NCBI GenBank assembly: GCA_037442365.1
Contig: JBBIQK010000005.1
Location: 1,137 to 65,136 of the forward strand
From: Armatimonadota bacterium
GTDB taxonomy: Bacteria; Armatimonadota; Fimbriimonadia; Fimbriimonadales; GBS-DC
Direction of reading: 5' to 3'
Length of the DNA stretch: 64,000 bases
Of the stretch, positions 47,833 through 57,716 are shown in pieces (positions within the stretch are counted from its first letter, which is position 1; each line of letters opens with the position of its first letter). The notes under the pieces are model-generated. The model was not told the DNA's origin. It was given only the letters and a program-made list of their open reading frames with translations, and made no database searches. A program made the translations under genes and the position numbers.

Positions 47833-48594
47833 ATGCTGACAGGGAAGAAGGGCGTCATTTTCGGGGTCGCGAATCAGCACAGTCTGGCATGGAAGATTGC
47901 GCAGCGGTGCGCCGCACACGGGGCGCAACTGGCGATTGCCTACCAGAACGATCGATTTGAAGAGAAGGTCTCCGCACTGGCGCAGGAGCTGCCCGACGCT
48001 TTCACGCTCCAGTGCGACCTGAACAACGACGCTGAAATCCAGCAGGTGGTCGCCACGCTGCGCGAGCGGTGGGGTCAGGTGGACTTCATGGCGCACTGCG
48101 TGGCGTATGCGCTGCGCGAGGAGCTGATGGGACGCTACCTCGACACCTCGCGCGAGGGGTTCAAGGTCGCGATGGAGACCAGCGTCTACACCTTCGTGGC
48201 GGCGGCGCGTCATCTGGAGCCGATTCTGCGCGATGGGGCGTCTCTGCTCACGCTCACCTATCTGGGCAGCGAGCGCGTGGTGCCGGGCTACAATGTGATG
48301 GGTGTTGCGAAAGCCGCGCTGGAAGCCAGCGTACGCTACCTCGCCTACGAGCTGGGCGAGCGACAGATTCGCGTGAACGCGCTCTCGCCGGGACCGGTCA
48401 GCACGCTGGCGGCGCGGGGCATCCGCGGGTTCACCTCGATGATGGAGTATGTGCGTCATCACGCGCCGTTCAAACGGGACACCGACCCTCACGAAGTGGG
48501 CGACGCCGCCGTGTTCCTGTTCAGCGAGATGGGGCGCGGCATTACGGGCGAAGTGATTTACATCGACGCAGGCTATCACATTCTGGGAATGTAG
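47833..48594 (+). CDS. fabI: enoyl-[acyl-carrier-protein] reductase (NADH)
   Basis: AGGAGG SD. LTGKKGVIFGVANQHSLAWKIA...YNVMGVAKAALEASVRYLAYELG...RVNALSPGP. Confidence 0.95.
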   Translation: MLTGKKGVIFGVANQHSLAWKIAQRCAAHGAQLAIAYQNDRFEEKVSALAQELPDAFTLQCDLNNDAEIQQVVATLRERWGQVDFMAHCVAYALREELMGRYLDTSREGFKVAMETSVYTFVAAARHLEPILRDGASLLTLTYLGSERVVPGYNVMGVAKAALEASVRYLAYELGERQIRVNALSPGPVSTLAARGIRGFTSMMEYVRHHAPFKRDTDPHEVGDAAVFLFSEMGRGITGEVIYIDAGYHILGM

Positions 48595-48597
48595 ACG

Positions 48598-49953
48598 ATG
48601 GCGCAGCTCAAGCCCAAAAAGGTTCAGCCGTTGGAGCCGTTGCCCATCGAGCGGCTCCTGAAGCCCTTTGCGCGATTCGCCAAGCAGTCCAGCGCAGGCG
48701 GGATGGTGCTGCTGGCGTGCGCCATCGTCGCGCTGCTGTGGGCGAACTCGCCGCTGGGCGAGTATTACTTCCGACTGTGGTCTACCCCGGTCGAAGTGCG
48801 CTTCGGCAATCTGATCGACATCAACAAGCCGCTGCTGCTCTGGATTAACGACGGCTTGATGGCGGTGTTTTTCTTCCTGGTGGGGATGGAGATTAAGCGC
48901 GAGTTGCTGGTGGGGGAGTTGCGCTCGCCGCGCAAAGCCGCGCTGTCGATGGCGGCGGCGCTGGGCGGGATGGTCGTGCCTGCGCTGATTTATGTCGCGC
49001 TGAATTGGGGCACGCCCGAAATTCGGGGCTGGGGCGTGCCGATGGCGACCGATATTGCCTTCGCGCTGGGTACGCTCGCGTTGCTGGGCACACGCGCGCC
49101 GCTCGCGCTCAAGGTGTTCCTCACCGCGCTGGCGATAGTGGACGACCTCGGCGCGGTGCTGGTGATTGCGTTGTTTTATACCGAGAACCTCAAGACGGAC
49201 GCCCTGCTCTATTCGTTCCTCTTCTGGGGCGGGATGATTCTGATGAATCGGCTGGGCGTGCGCAATGGGCTGATTTACTTCATCGTGAGCCTGGGGATGT
49301 GGTTTTTCATGCTCAAGTCGGGCGTGCATGCGACGGTGGCGGGCGTGCTGGGCGCGTTCGCCATCCCCGTGCGCTCGCGAATCGACCCGGAGCTGTTCCT
49401 TGCTCGTGTGCGCGAGTATCTGAACCAGTTTGACCAGCCAACCGCCGAGCGCACGATTATCCTCTCCCCCGAACAGCAATCGGCGGTGGAAGCCATCGAG
49501 CGCGAGGCGTTGCGGGTGCAGTCGCCCCTGCAGCGACTGGAGCATCAGCTGCACTACTTTGTGGCGTTCGCCGTGATGCCGATTTTCGCGCTGGCGAACG
49601 CGGGCGTGACGCTGGGCGGCGAAAACGGCATCAACTGGACGAGCCGCGTTATCTGGGGGATTGCGCTGGGACTGCTGATTGGCAAGCCGCTGGGGATTAC
49701 GCTCTTTTCGTGGCTGGCGGTACGGCTGGGGCTGGCGCAGTTGCCGCAGGGGATTAACTTTGTGCATATTGTGGGCGTCGGGTTTCTGGCGGGGATTGGC
49801 TTCACGATGGCGCTGTTTATCGGCGGGCTGGCGTTCACAGGCGACCTGCTAAACTACGCGAAGCTGGGCATTCTGGCAGGCTCCGCGCTGGCGGGTGTGA
49901 TTGGATTCACGATGTTGCGCCTGTGGACGAAGCCGCAGCCCCATCTGGAGTGA
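48598..49953 (+). CDS. nhaA: Na+/H+ antiporter NhaA
   Basis: LWINDGLMAVFFFLVGMEIKRE...ATDIAFALG...LALAIVDDLGAVLVIALFYT (the DD motif). Confidence 0.95.
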   Translation: MAQLKPKKVQPLEPLPIERLLKPFARFAKQSSAGGMVLLACAIVALLWANSPLGEYYFRLWSTPVEVRFGNLIDINKPLLLWINDGLMAVFFFLVGMEIKRELLVGELRSPRKAALSMAAALGGMVVPALIYVALNWGTPEIRGWGVPMATDIAFALGTLALLGTRAPLALKVFLTALAIVDDLGAVLVIALFYTENLKTDALLYSFLFWGGMILMNRLGVRNGLIYFIVSLGMWFFMLKSGVHATVAGVLGAFAIPVRSRIDPELFLARVREYLNQFDQPTAERTIILSPEQQSAVEAIEREALRVQSPLQRLEHQLHYFVAFAVMPIFALANAGVTLGGENGINWTSRVIWGIALGLLIGKPLGITLFSWLAVRLGLAQLPQGINFVHIVGVGFLAGIGFTMALFIGGLAFTGDLLNYAKLGILAGSALAGVIGFTMLRLWTKPQPHLE

Positions 49954-51199
49954 GCGGCGCGAGCTGCGCGAGCAGCGTCGGCAGGTCGGGCGCTGGGGTC
50001 ATGCCGTTCTGAAGCAAAATACGCCAGAGAGCGGTCGCCGCGCCGTCGGTGAAGTCGCGCGATTCGATGGGACGGCTGGCGAGCGCAACGACGGGCTTGC
50101 CCTGTTCCTGCGCCGCGCGCGCCAGCTCCAGATTGCGCAGGTTGCCCCGTCCGAAGGGTGTCTCCGCGAGGATTACGGCGTCCGCCATCTGCATCAGCGA
50201 GAGCGCGCGGCGGAACGCATCGTCCGAAATCGGCGAGAAGGGCTGCTCGGTGATGTGTTCCAGCCGCAGGGCGCGCGCGGCTTCCTCGTCGGTGTCCAGC
50301 AGGTTCAGCACGCCCGTGCAGACGCGCCAGCCTGCCGTGAGCAGCGTGTAGTAGAGGGCTGCGCCTGAACCGCCGCCCGCAATCACGAACGCCGTCGGCG
50401 CATCGGGCGGAACCTGCGGCGCATCGTCTGCAGCGAGCGCAAACACCAGCGGCTTGCCCGTCGTCGGGTTAATCTGGGTCAGCACGGGCGTCTGGTAGAC
50501 CGACTCCAGCAGGGCGGGCTGCAGCACGGCTTCAGGCGTTCCTTGCGCGACGATTCTGCCCGCGTGCATCAGCGCAATGTGGTCGGCGTACTGGCTGGCT
50601 AAGTTCAGGTCATGCAGCACAATCAGCACGCCAATCCCCTGTTCGCTGGCGTACTGGCGCAGGGTGTGCATCAGGTGCGTCTGATGGCGCAGGTCCAGGT
50701 GCGTGGTTGGCTCATCCAGCAGCAGGTAGTGCGCCTGCTGGGCGAGCGCGCGCGCGAGGTTCACCCGCTGGCGTTCCCCGCCGCTGAGCTGGCTGATGGT
50801 GCGCGCGGCGAACGCTTCGATCTGCGTGAGCGCCATCGCCTGGCGCACGGCGTCCCAGTCGGCGCGGCTCGCGCCCCAGAAGCCTTTCTGGTGGGGGTAG
50901 CGTCCCATCATCACCAGCTCGGCGACGGTGAAGCCCATCTCGGCGGGCGTCTCCTGCGGCGCGTAGGCGACCCGCTGCGCAAACTCGGTGGGGCGGTAAG
51001 CGTCGTAGGGCTGTCCGTCCAGCGTCAGCCGCCCTGCAAATGGCGCACGGGTACGCGCCAGCACGCGCAACAGCGTCGTCTTGCCAGAGCCGTTCGGTCC
51101 CAGCAGCGCAACGACCTGCCCGCGCGCGACCTGCAGCGACGCCTCGTGAACAACGGGCGTCCTGCCATAGCCCGCCGTGATAGAATCGGCGCACAGCAT
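49907..51199 (-). CDS. ABC transporter ATP-binding protein (FepC/FecE-like) fused to an uncharacterised ~170-aa C-terminal domain
   Basis: Walker A GPNGSGKTT, signature LSGGERQR, Walker B YLLLDEPTTHLD. It then continues with FVIAGGGSGAALYYTLLTAGWRV...ADAVILAETPFGRGNLRNLELARAAQEQGKPVVAL, a Rossmann-like pattern. No permease or binding-protein gene nearby. Confidence 0.8.
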   Translation of the reverse strand: MLCADSITAGYGRTPVVHEASLQVARGQVVALLGPNGSGKTTLLRVLARTRAPFAGRLTLDGQPYDAYRPTEFAQRVAYAPQETPAEMGFTVAELVMMGRYPHQKGFWGASRADWDAVRQAMALTQIEAFAARTISQLSGGERQRVNLARALAQQAHYLLLDEPTTHLDLRHQTHLMHTLRQYASEQGIGVLIVLHDLNLASQYADHIALMHAGRIVAQGTPEAVLQPALLESVYQTPVLTQINPTTGKPLVFALAADDAPQVPPDAPTAFVIAGGGSGAALYYTLLTAGWRVCTGVLNLLDTDEEAARALRLEHITEQPFSPISDDAFRRALSLMQMADAVILAETPFGRGNLRNLELARAAQEQGKPVVALASRPIESRDFTDGAATALWRILLQNGMTPAPDLPTLLAQLAPLTPDGAAASSTGATS

Positions 51200-51206
51200 C
51201 CCGAAT

Positions 51207-51212
51207 AGTGTA
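51207..51212 (-). promoter_or_regulatory. -10 box (TACACT) 7 nt upstream of the ABC-ATPase ATG
   Basis: The minus strand reads catgcTACACTattcgggATG. Confidence 0.35.
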
Positions 51213-51222
51213 GCATGTCGGG

Positions 51223-51228
51223 TATCCT
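51223..51228 (+). promoter_or_regulatory. -10-like box (ggTATCCT) 7 nt upstream of the GCS2 GTG start
   Basis: cgggTATCCTatgaggcGTG. The two divergent start codons are only 36 bp apart. Confidence 0.3.
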
Positions 51229-51235
51229 ATGAGGC

Positions 51236-52486
51236 GTGAGTACGCGCGAGGCGTCGGGCATCACGCTCGGTCTGGAGGAGGAGGTTTTTATCACGACACC
51301 GACGCGCCCGTCGCTGGACGCGCTCTACGCGCTGGCGAAACTGCTCTGGCGCAACCCGCGCTATTACTACAGGCACTCGGCGAGCAACTTTTCGCGGGGA
51401 CGCGACGCGCGGCAGTGCCTGATGAGCAGTGTGGAGATTGCGACGCGCCCCCATACAGACATCGACTCCCTGCTGGACGAGCTGCAGGCGCATCGCGCGG
51501 CGCTGGCGGGCGCCGCGGGCGACGCCTATCTGGCGCCTGTGGGACATTTGTTCGACCTCGACGCGCCGACCAACACGGCGGGGCTGCACATTCATATCGG
51601 CGCGCCTGCTGACCGCTCACTGATTGTGTACGCAAATCTGGCGTACTTTCTGCCGTTGCTGATTCTGCTGTCTGCCAGCAGCCCCTACGCAGGGGGACGG
51701 TACTTCGGGCAATCGTATCGGGTTGCGTGTTCGTTTGCGATTGGCGCGCTGCGCGACGACCCCTACTACCGCTTTCAGGATTTGATACTCTCGCGGCGAC
51801 TGGGCACGGTGGAGATTCGCGTCTGTGACCCTGTGTGGGATCTGGGGCGTCTGCGCGTGCTGCTACAGGCGGTTCAGGCGATTGCGCAGTTGCCCACAGC
51901 GCGCCCCATCGACCGCGCCCGCTACACCGCGTTGCGCCATCAGGCGGCGTGCGTCGGCTACACGCCCGACCTGCAGGCGCTGCGGCACGAACTCGCCGTG
52001 ATTTACGAGATTCCAGAGGCGCTGCTGCGAGAGACTATCTCCGATGCGCTCCATGCGTGCCTGAGCTGTTGCGATTTCCCGAACCCCCTCTGTGAGGTTC
52101 CCCCTGCGCGCAGGGGGAACCGGGGCTGGTTCCCCTCGCTTGCGGGGGGAACCTTAAGGAGGGGGGTCAGTACGCACGAGGAACGCGCTGCGGGTACAGT
52201 GGATTCGGGTAAACCCTGCTCTGGGGACGCATCGCGCGAATCGCTTCTCCGTGTCTACGCCCACCTGAATCACGCCTACCGCACAGGGCGCTGGGAGCCT
52301 GTAGCGCCGCATGCTGTGCGCCCGTCGGCATGGCGGGGACTGCTGGGGGTGGTGGGCTACTATGCGCCGCGCCTGCCCTACATGGCGTACAAGGCGTGGG
52401 CGGAGTGGCGCGCGCCGATACGCGCAACCTATTCCGCTACCGAGAGAGTCGCCGGCGAACTGCTGGCGCGCCGCGCCGACTCGTAG
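51236..52486 (+). CDS. carboxylate-amine ligase (GCS2 / YbdK-like) carrying an in-frame palindromic insert
   Basis: ITLGLEEEVFI N-terminal motif, GLHIHIG, LGTVEIRVCDP. About 27 extra codons (52085-52165) are encoded by two GC-rich hairpins. Confidence 0.65.
   Translation: MSTREASGITLGLEEEVFITTPTRPSLDALYALAKLLWRNPRYYYRHSASNFSRGRDARQCLMSSVEIATRPHTDIDSLLDELQAHRAALAGAAGDAYLAPVGHLFDLDAPTNTAGLHIHIGAPADRSLIVYANLAYFLPLLILLSASSPYAGGRYFGQSYRVACSFAIGALRDDPYYRFQDLILSRRLGTVEIRVCDPVWDLGRLRVLLQAVQAIAQLPTARPIDRARYTALRHQAACVGYTPDLQALRHELAVIYEIPEALLRETISDALHACLSCCDFPNPLCEVPPARRGNRGWFPSLAGGTLRRGVSTHEERAAGTVDSGKPCSGDASRESLLRVYAHLNHAYRTGRWEPVAPHAVRPSAWRGLLGVVGYYAPRLPYMAYKAWAEWRAPIRATYSATERVAGELLARRADS
52096..52153. 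repeat. two tandem GC-rich palindromes inside the GCS2 ORF
   Basis: GGTTCCCCCTGCGCGCAGGGGGAACC is a perfect 26-nt palindrome (52096-52121). GGTTCCCCTCGC-TT-GCGGGGGGAACC follows at 52128-52153. Confidence 0.8.
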
Positions 52487-53601
52487 ACCTGCACGATACG
52501 ATCCATCACCGCAGGCACGGAGAGCGTCTCGCGTTTGCGAATCGCGCGCTGGCGCAGCGCCTCGCGTTCCGACTCGTGTCGCGTAAGATGCAGCACCGCC
52601 TCGACGAATGCTTCAGGGGTCGGCTCTACCACCAGCCCCGTTTGCCCGTAATCGACCGCTTCGGGCGCGCCGCCGCCGTTGGCGACGATGCAGGGCAAGC
52701 CCGCCGCCTGCGCCTCGTCCAGCACCAGCCCCTGCGACTCGGTCACCGACGGAAACACGAACAAATCCGCCGCCAGCAGGTAGAGCGACACCTCATCGCG
52801 CGGGACGGGACCCGTGAAATGCACCCACTGGGTAAGCTGACGCGCCTCGGCTTCGGCGCGGAGCGACTCCAGCGCAGGACCGGGACCCACCAGCCACAGG
52901 CGCGCGTTCGGGCAGCCGCGCACGATGTGGGGCATCGCGTCGAGCAGTACGCCGACATTTTTTTCGGGCGCCATCCGCCCGACATACAGCAGCATCCACA
53001 CATCGTCGGGAATGCTCAGCCGCGCGCGCGCCTCTGATTGGCTGACCTCTGGGAACGGCAGCACCGGGTTGCGGATGGGCGTAATCGGCTTGCGCACGCC
53101 ATACTTGCGCAGCACTTCTGCCCCGATTTCGGAGGGGGTCATCACGGCGTCGACGCCCTCGTAATAGCGGCGCAGATGCCAGCGCAGCAGACGGCGCACA
53201 GGCGCGCGCGGTACCATGCGCGGCACATAGTGCAGGTACTCCTCATACAGCGTGTGATAGGTGCTGACCAGCGGGATGCGCAATCGCCGCGCCCAGCGCG
53301 CCCCCACAATCCCTGTGAAAAACGGCGTATGCGTATGCACCACATCGAAACCCAGCGTGCGAAACTCGCGCCAGAGCCGTAGCGCAACAGGCAGGGCAAT
53401 CGGGTAGTCAGGCTCAAACGGTGTGTAAACCGACGGCAGGCGACGCACCGTCGGGTACGGGTCCTGATAGCCGCGATAGTGCGGCGCGTAAATCCAGACC
53501 TCGTGCCCGCGACGGGTCAGCTCCTCGTGCAGCATGCGTATCGAGATGCTCACCCCGTTCAGGTACGGCAGGTAGCTCTCGGAAAAGATGGCGATTTTCA
53601 C
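52429..53601 (-). CDS. GT4-family glycosyltransferase
   Basis: Start moved to GTG 53601 (VKIAIFSESYLPYLNGVSISI). C-terminal FVFPSVTESQGLVLDEAQAAGLPCIV (EX7E-type motif). Confidence 0.85.
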   Translation of the reverse strand: MKIAIFSESYLPYLNGVSISIRMLHEELTRRGHEVWIYAPHYRGYQDPYPTVRRLPSVYTPFEPDYPIALPVALRLWREFRTLGFDVVHTHTPFFTGIVGARWARRLRIPLVSTYHTLYEEYLHYVPRMVPRAPVRRLLRWHLRRYYEGVDAVMTPSEIGAEVLRKYGVRKPITPIRNPVLPFPEVSQSEARARLSIPDDVWMLLYVGRMAPEKNVGVLLDAMPHIVRGCPNARLWLVGPGPALESLRAEAEARQLTQWVHFTGPVPRDEVSLYLLAADLFVFPSVTESQGLVLDEAQAAGLPCIVANGGGAPEAVDYGQTGLVVEPTPEAFVEAVLHLTRHESEREALRQRAIRKRETLSVPAVMDRIVQVYESARRASSSPATLSVAE

Positions 53602-54377
53602 GGCGTGTCCGATTCGCGCGGGGCGTTGCGGTTCCCGCGGGGCTGGCGCAGGGCTTGCTCTTCGAGAAACGCCACGATGTCCGACAGGCGGAATCGGCGC
53701 TGATTGCCCTCTGTGCGGAAGCAATGCAGCCAGCCGCGGTCGGTGTAGCGGCGCACGGTCGCAGGGCATACCCCCAGCAAGCGCGCCGTCTCCTCCAGCG
53801 TCAGCACGGGGTCGGTCAGGCGGGCAATCAGCTCTTCGCGGCTTTCGTCGCGCCCGCGCACGGGGTAATACTTGCGCGCCACGCCGTCGTCCGTCCACTC
53901 CGCCAGATAGCGCAGGTACTGGGGAAGCTTCGCCCAGAGTTCATCCGCTTCAGGCGGGACGAGGGCTTCAGGGTCCATTTTCCTGCGTCCCTTGCGTTTG
54001 CGCAGGCGCGGTCCGTCGGAGGGCGGTTCCACAGGCGACAACGCAGACGGCTCCGCGGGTGGAGGCGTCGTCTGGACAGGCGTTGCAGGAGGCTTCCAGT
54101 TCAGTTCCTGCTGCAGAAGCGGCACAAACTCGACGATGTGGGGCACGCGGATGGAGACCAGCGCGTGCGGCGATTCGGCAGGCGGCGCGACGGGCGTCGA
54201 TGGGGGCGTTTGAGGGCGCGCTTCCAGCGGAGGCGCGTCCGCAGGCGGCGCATCGGCAGGCGGCGACACAGGTTCGGGCGCTGCTGGCTCCGCCACGGGC
54301 GCGGACGCCTCGCTCCCGTCGTCCGCAAACTGGCTTTCGAGGTATCGATACCAATCGTTCAGGCTCAGACGGCTCAT
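53598..54377 (-). CDS. Pro-rich protein with C-terminal MerR/excisionase-type helix-turn-helix
   Basis: LTLEETARLLGVCPATVRRYTDRGWLHCFRTEGNQRRFRLSDIVAFL. The stop overlaps the GT4 start. Confidence 0.6.
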   Translation of the reverse strand: MSRLSLNDWYRYLESQFADDGSEASAPVAEPAAPEPVSPPADAPPADAPPLEARPQTPPSTPVAPPAESPHALVSIRVPHIVEFVPLLQQELNWKPPATPVQTTPPPAEPSALSPVEPPSDGPRLRKRKGRRKMDPEALVPPEADELWAKLPQYLRYLAEWTDDGVARKYYPVRGRDESREELIARLTDPVLTLEETARLLGVCPATVRRYTDRGWLHCFRTEGNQRRFRLSDIVAFLEEQALRQPRGNRNAPRESDTP

Positions 54378-54388
54378 GGATACGCCAT

Positions 54389-54394
54389 AGTGTA
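54389..54394 (-). promoter_or_regulatory. -10 box (ggTACACT) upstream of the 54377 gene
   Basis: The minus strand reads taagggTACACTatggcgtatccATG. Confidence 0.35.
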
Positions 54395-54399
54395 CCCTT

Positions 54400-54433
54400 A
54401 AATGCGAAAACGGCTCCAGAGGGTTCTGGAGCC
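54400..54433 (-). terminator. rrn operon terminator
   Basis: The minus strand reads ggctccaga-accc-tctggagcc followed by gTTTTcgcaTTT, immediately after the 5S gene. Confidence 0.6.
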
Positions 54434-54454
54434 GTGGAGGTGAAGTGATTTCAA

Positions 54455-54572
54455 TCTGGGCATCGACCTATTTTCCCACTCCGTTACCAGAGCAGTATCT
54501 TCGGCGCTGGAGGGCTTAACTGCCGTGTTCGGGATGGGAACGGGTGTTTCCCCTCCGCTATGGACACCCAGA
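54455..54572 (-). rRNA. rrf: 5S ribosomal RNA
   Basis: The minus strand reads TCTGGGTGTCCATAGCGGAGGGGAAACACCCGTTCCCATCCCGAACACGGCAGTTAAGCCCTCCAGCGCC...GATGCCCAGA. Ends are accurate to about 3 nt. Confidence 0.9.
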
Positions 54573-54793
54573 TTGAAAGGGTAATCGCACCTTTTGAGAG
54601 GGTCGGTTCCCTCTCAGGAGGTGTTTGACAACTGGAGCTGGAGTCGTCGGAAGTGCGTCAATAGGCAAGCCCTCGGTCAATTAGTACGGCTCAGCTCAAC
54701 GCATTACTGCGCTTACACATGCCGCCTATCAACCCGGTCATCTACCGGGGACCTTACTCCGTTAAACGGATGGGAGACCTTATCTTGGGGTGG

Positions 54794-54824
<31 letters not shown>

Positions 54825-54970
54825 CCGTCCCGACATGGCTACCCAGCGTCTGCCCCTGGCGGGACAACTGGTACACCAGAGGTCAGTCCAGCCCGGTCCT
54901 CTCGTACTAGGGCCAGCTCCCCTCAAGTCTCCTGCGCCTGCGGTGGATAGGGACCGAACTGTCTCACGCA

Positions 54971-55801
54971 CATACCTCCCTTGTTTCCAAGGGTGTAGAC
55001 TATACCTCCATCCTCCCGAAGGACCAGGAGGAGCCGGCGTGTGATGAGCGCCATAGATTTGCCCTCTTCAGGGCAGGACGCCCATCTCAGGCGTAAAGCC
55101 TTCAGTCGTTACGGGGAACGGCAGCTTGCACCGCATCACTGGCACAACATAGGGTTCAATCAGTTGCACAAGCCGTTGCGCCTGTTTCACTGGGAGATAG
55201 AGCCAGTGCGCGTGTCGCTTCGGACTTGCGTGGATATGCGCCTCCAAACCAAAGTTTGCTTCGAGCGCACCACACAGGCGTTCCAAACCGATTCTGGAAA
55301 AGCACTGCGTCTCTATCTTGACCGAACCCTGTCGTTTGTCAAGTGTGCCATCGTCCATGTACCAGACTGCAAGCGCCAGAGGCGTGTTGAGCAATTCAAC
55401 GATGTTCTCTGGAACCTCTTTTCTCCCATGAGGGTAGAAAAGCGCTCGCAGCTCTGCAAGGAGCGGATGGCATCGGGTGACGAAACGCCAGTATGGGTAG
55501 CCTCTGTTGGTTTGACGATTCATCGGGGATGGTTTCAAATCCGCCAGCATTGCGTGCTTCCACGCCACATAGTCGCGGAAGCGTTCGGCGTGCAAGACCT
55601 GAAGGCGCACGCCGCGCCCGTGCGGTTCGAGATAGCCATCTCCGAGAATCGTGCCAATCAGAAGGTCCTTCATCTTCAGCTCCCGTTCTTCCCTCGGTAT
55701 TGCCCTCTGCAGCGTTCGGTGGACTGCAGGAGGGGTCTACCGATATGAGCCGGTAGGCACCACAGGATTACTCCTGTGGGACGCCACGCCCGTTTGGGCT
55801 A
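54971..55801 (-). mobile_element. group I-type intron 1 (831 nt) at the E. coli U2593-equivalent site, HEG-containing
   Basis: Exon junction GGGTTCAGAACGT|...G|CGTGAGACAGTTCGG. U precedes the 5' splice site and the intron ends in G. GCGU near the intron 5' end can pair with exon ACGU (U.G wobble). GNRA-capped hairpin CCCTTGGAAACAAGGG. Confidence 0.8.
55068..55673 (-). CDS. double-motif LAGLIDADG homing endonuclease (in intron 1)
   Basis: LIGTILGDGYLE and LAVWYMDDGTLD motifs about 100 aa apart. 201 aa. The last ~17 codons overlap the conserved intron core. Confidence 0.85.
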   Translation of the reverse strand: MKDLLIGTILGDGYLEPHGRGVRLQVLHAERFRDYVAWKHAMLADLKPSPMNRQTNRGYPYWRFVTRCHPLLAELRALFYPHGRKEVPENIVELLNTPLALAVWYMDDGTLDKRQGSVKIETQCFSRIGLERLCGALEANFGLEAHIHASPKRHAHWLYLPVKQAQRLVQLIEPYVVPVMRCKLPFPVTTEGFTPEMGVLP

Positions 55802-55837
<36 letters not shown>

Positions 55838-55883
55838 TGAACCCCCCAACCCTTGGGACCTTATTCAGCCCCAGGATGCGACG

Positions 55884-56248
55884 CATGGTACTCCACTGTT
55901 TCCAGTGGCACAGACTATCGCATCACCTTGACCATCGCCTGTCAAGGGTTCGGCGTATGATGAGCGCCGTAGATTTGCCCCATTCAGGGCAAGACGCCCA
56001 TCTCAGGCATGAAGCCTTCAGTCGTTACGGGGTCAGAGGAGCTTGTATTCCATTACTGGAGGTACATAGGGACGGGAATGCTGGCGATGCCCGTCGCTTT
56101 GTACCGTGCTGCAGAAAGTGTGCAGCATTTTCGGCTCCTCGACTTCCCACGGGATTACCCTCGCCAATCGGGGGAGGATTGCGTTAGGGCTTCCCCGTTA
56201 TCAGCCGAATTTTACCTGAAGAGTCGCCTCTTCAGGGGCCCTTCGTTG
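55884..56248 (-). mobile_element. group I-type intron 2 (365 nt, ORF-less) at about E. coli U2511
   Basis: Junction GATGTCGGCT|CAACGAAGG...CCATG|CGTCGCATCCTGGGG. U at -1 and terminal G. GGCC near the 5' end pairs with exon GGCU. Shares a 75-nt block (about 69/75 identical) and the P9-like GAAA hairpin with intron 1. Confidence 0.75.
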
Positions 56249-56497
56249 AGCCGACATCGAGGTGCCAAACCCCGCCGTCGCTGTGGACGCTCGGGCAGGA
56301 TCAGCCTGTTATCCCTAGGGTAGCTTTTATCCGTTGAACCCTGGCGTGCCCACGCACAGCCAGAGGGTCACTAGGCCCTGCTTTCGCATCTGCTCGACCC
56401 GTTGGTCTCACAGTCAAGCCCGCTTATGCCCTTGCACTCGACGCGCGATTTCCGACCGCGCTGAGCGGACCTTTGGACGCCTCCGTTACCGTTTAGG

Positions 56498-57443
<946 letters not shown>

Positions 57444-57716
57444 AAGACTGTCTCCACGCCGGATCACGGCGCAGGTTAGCATTCCAGTAGGTCAAGGGTG
57501 GTGTTCCATTGGCGCCGAAGCTCCCACCTACGCTCTACATGACATACCGAAATGCAATCTCAAGCTGTAGTAAAGCTCCATAGGGTCTTTCCGTCCTACC
57601 GCAGGTAACCCGCATCTTCACGGGTGCTACAGTTTCACCGAGAGTCCCGCTGAGACAGTGGCCCAGTCGTTACGCTTTTCGTGCGGGTCGCAATTTACGC
57701 GACAAGGAATTTCGCT

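Noticed and set aside
47809-49767. 652-aa minus-strand ORF
   Set aside because: It is antisense to fabI and nhaA, both of which have diagnostic motifs. The translation is dominated by R/H/Q/E repeats.
55041-55748. 235-aa plus-strand ORF in intron 1
   Set aside because: It is antisense to the LAGLIDADG ORF, which has both dodecapeptide motifs. This frame has no nuclease motif.
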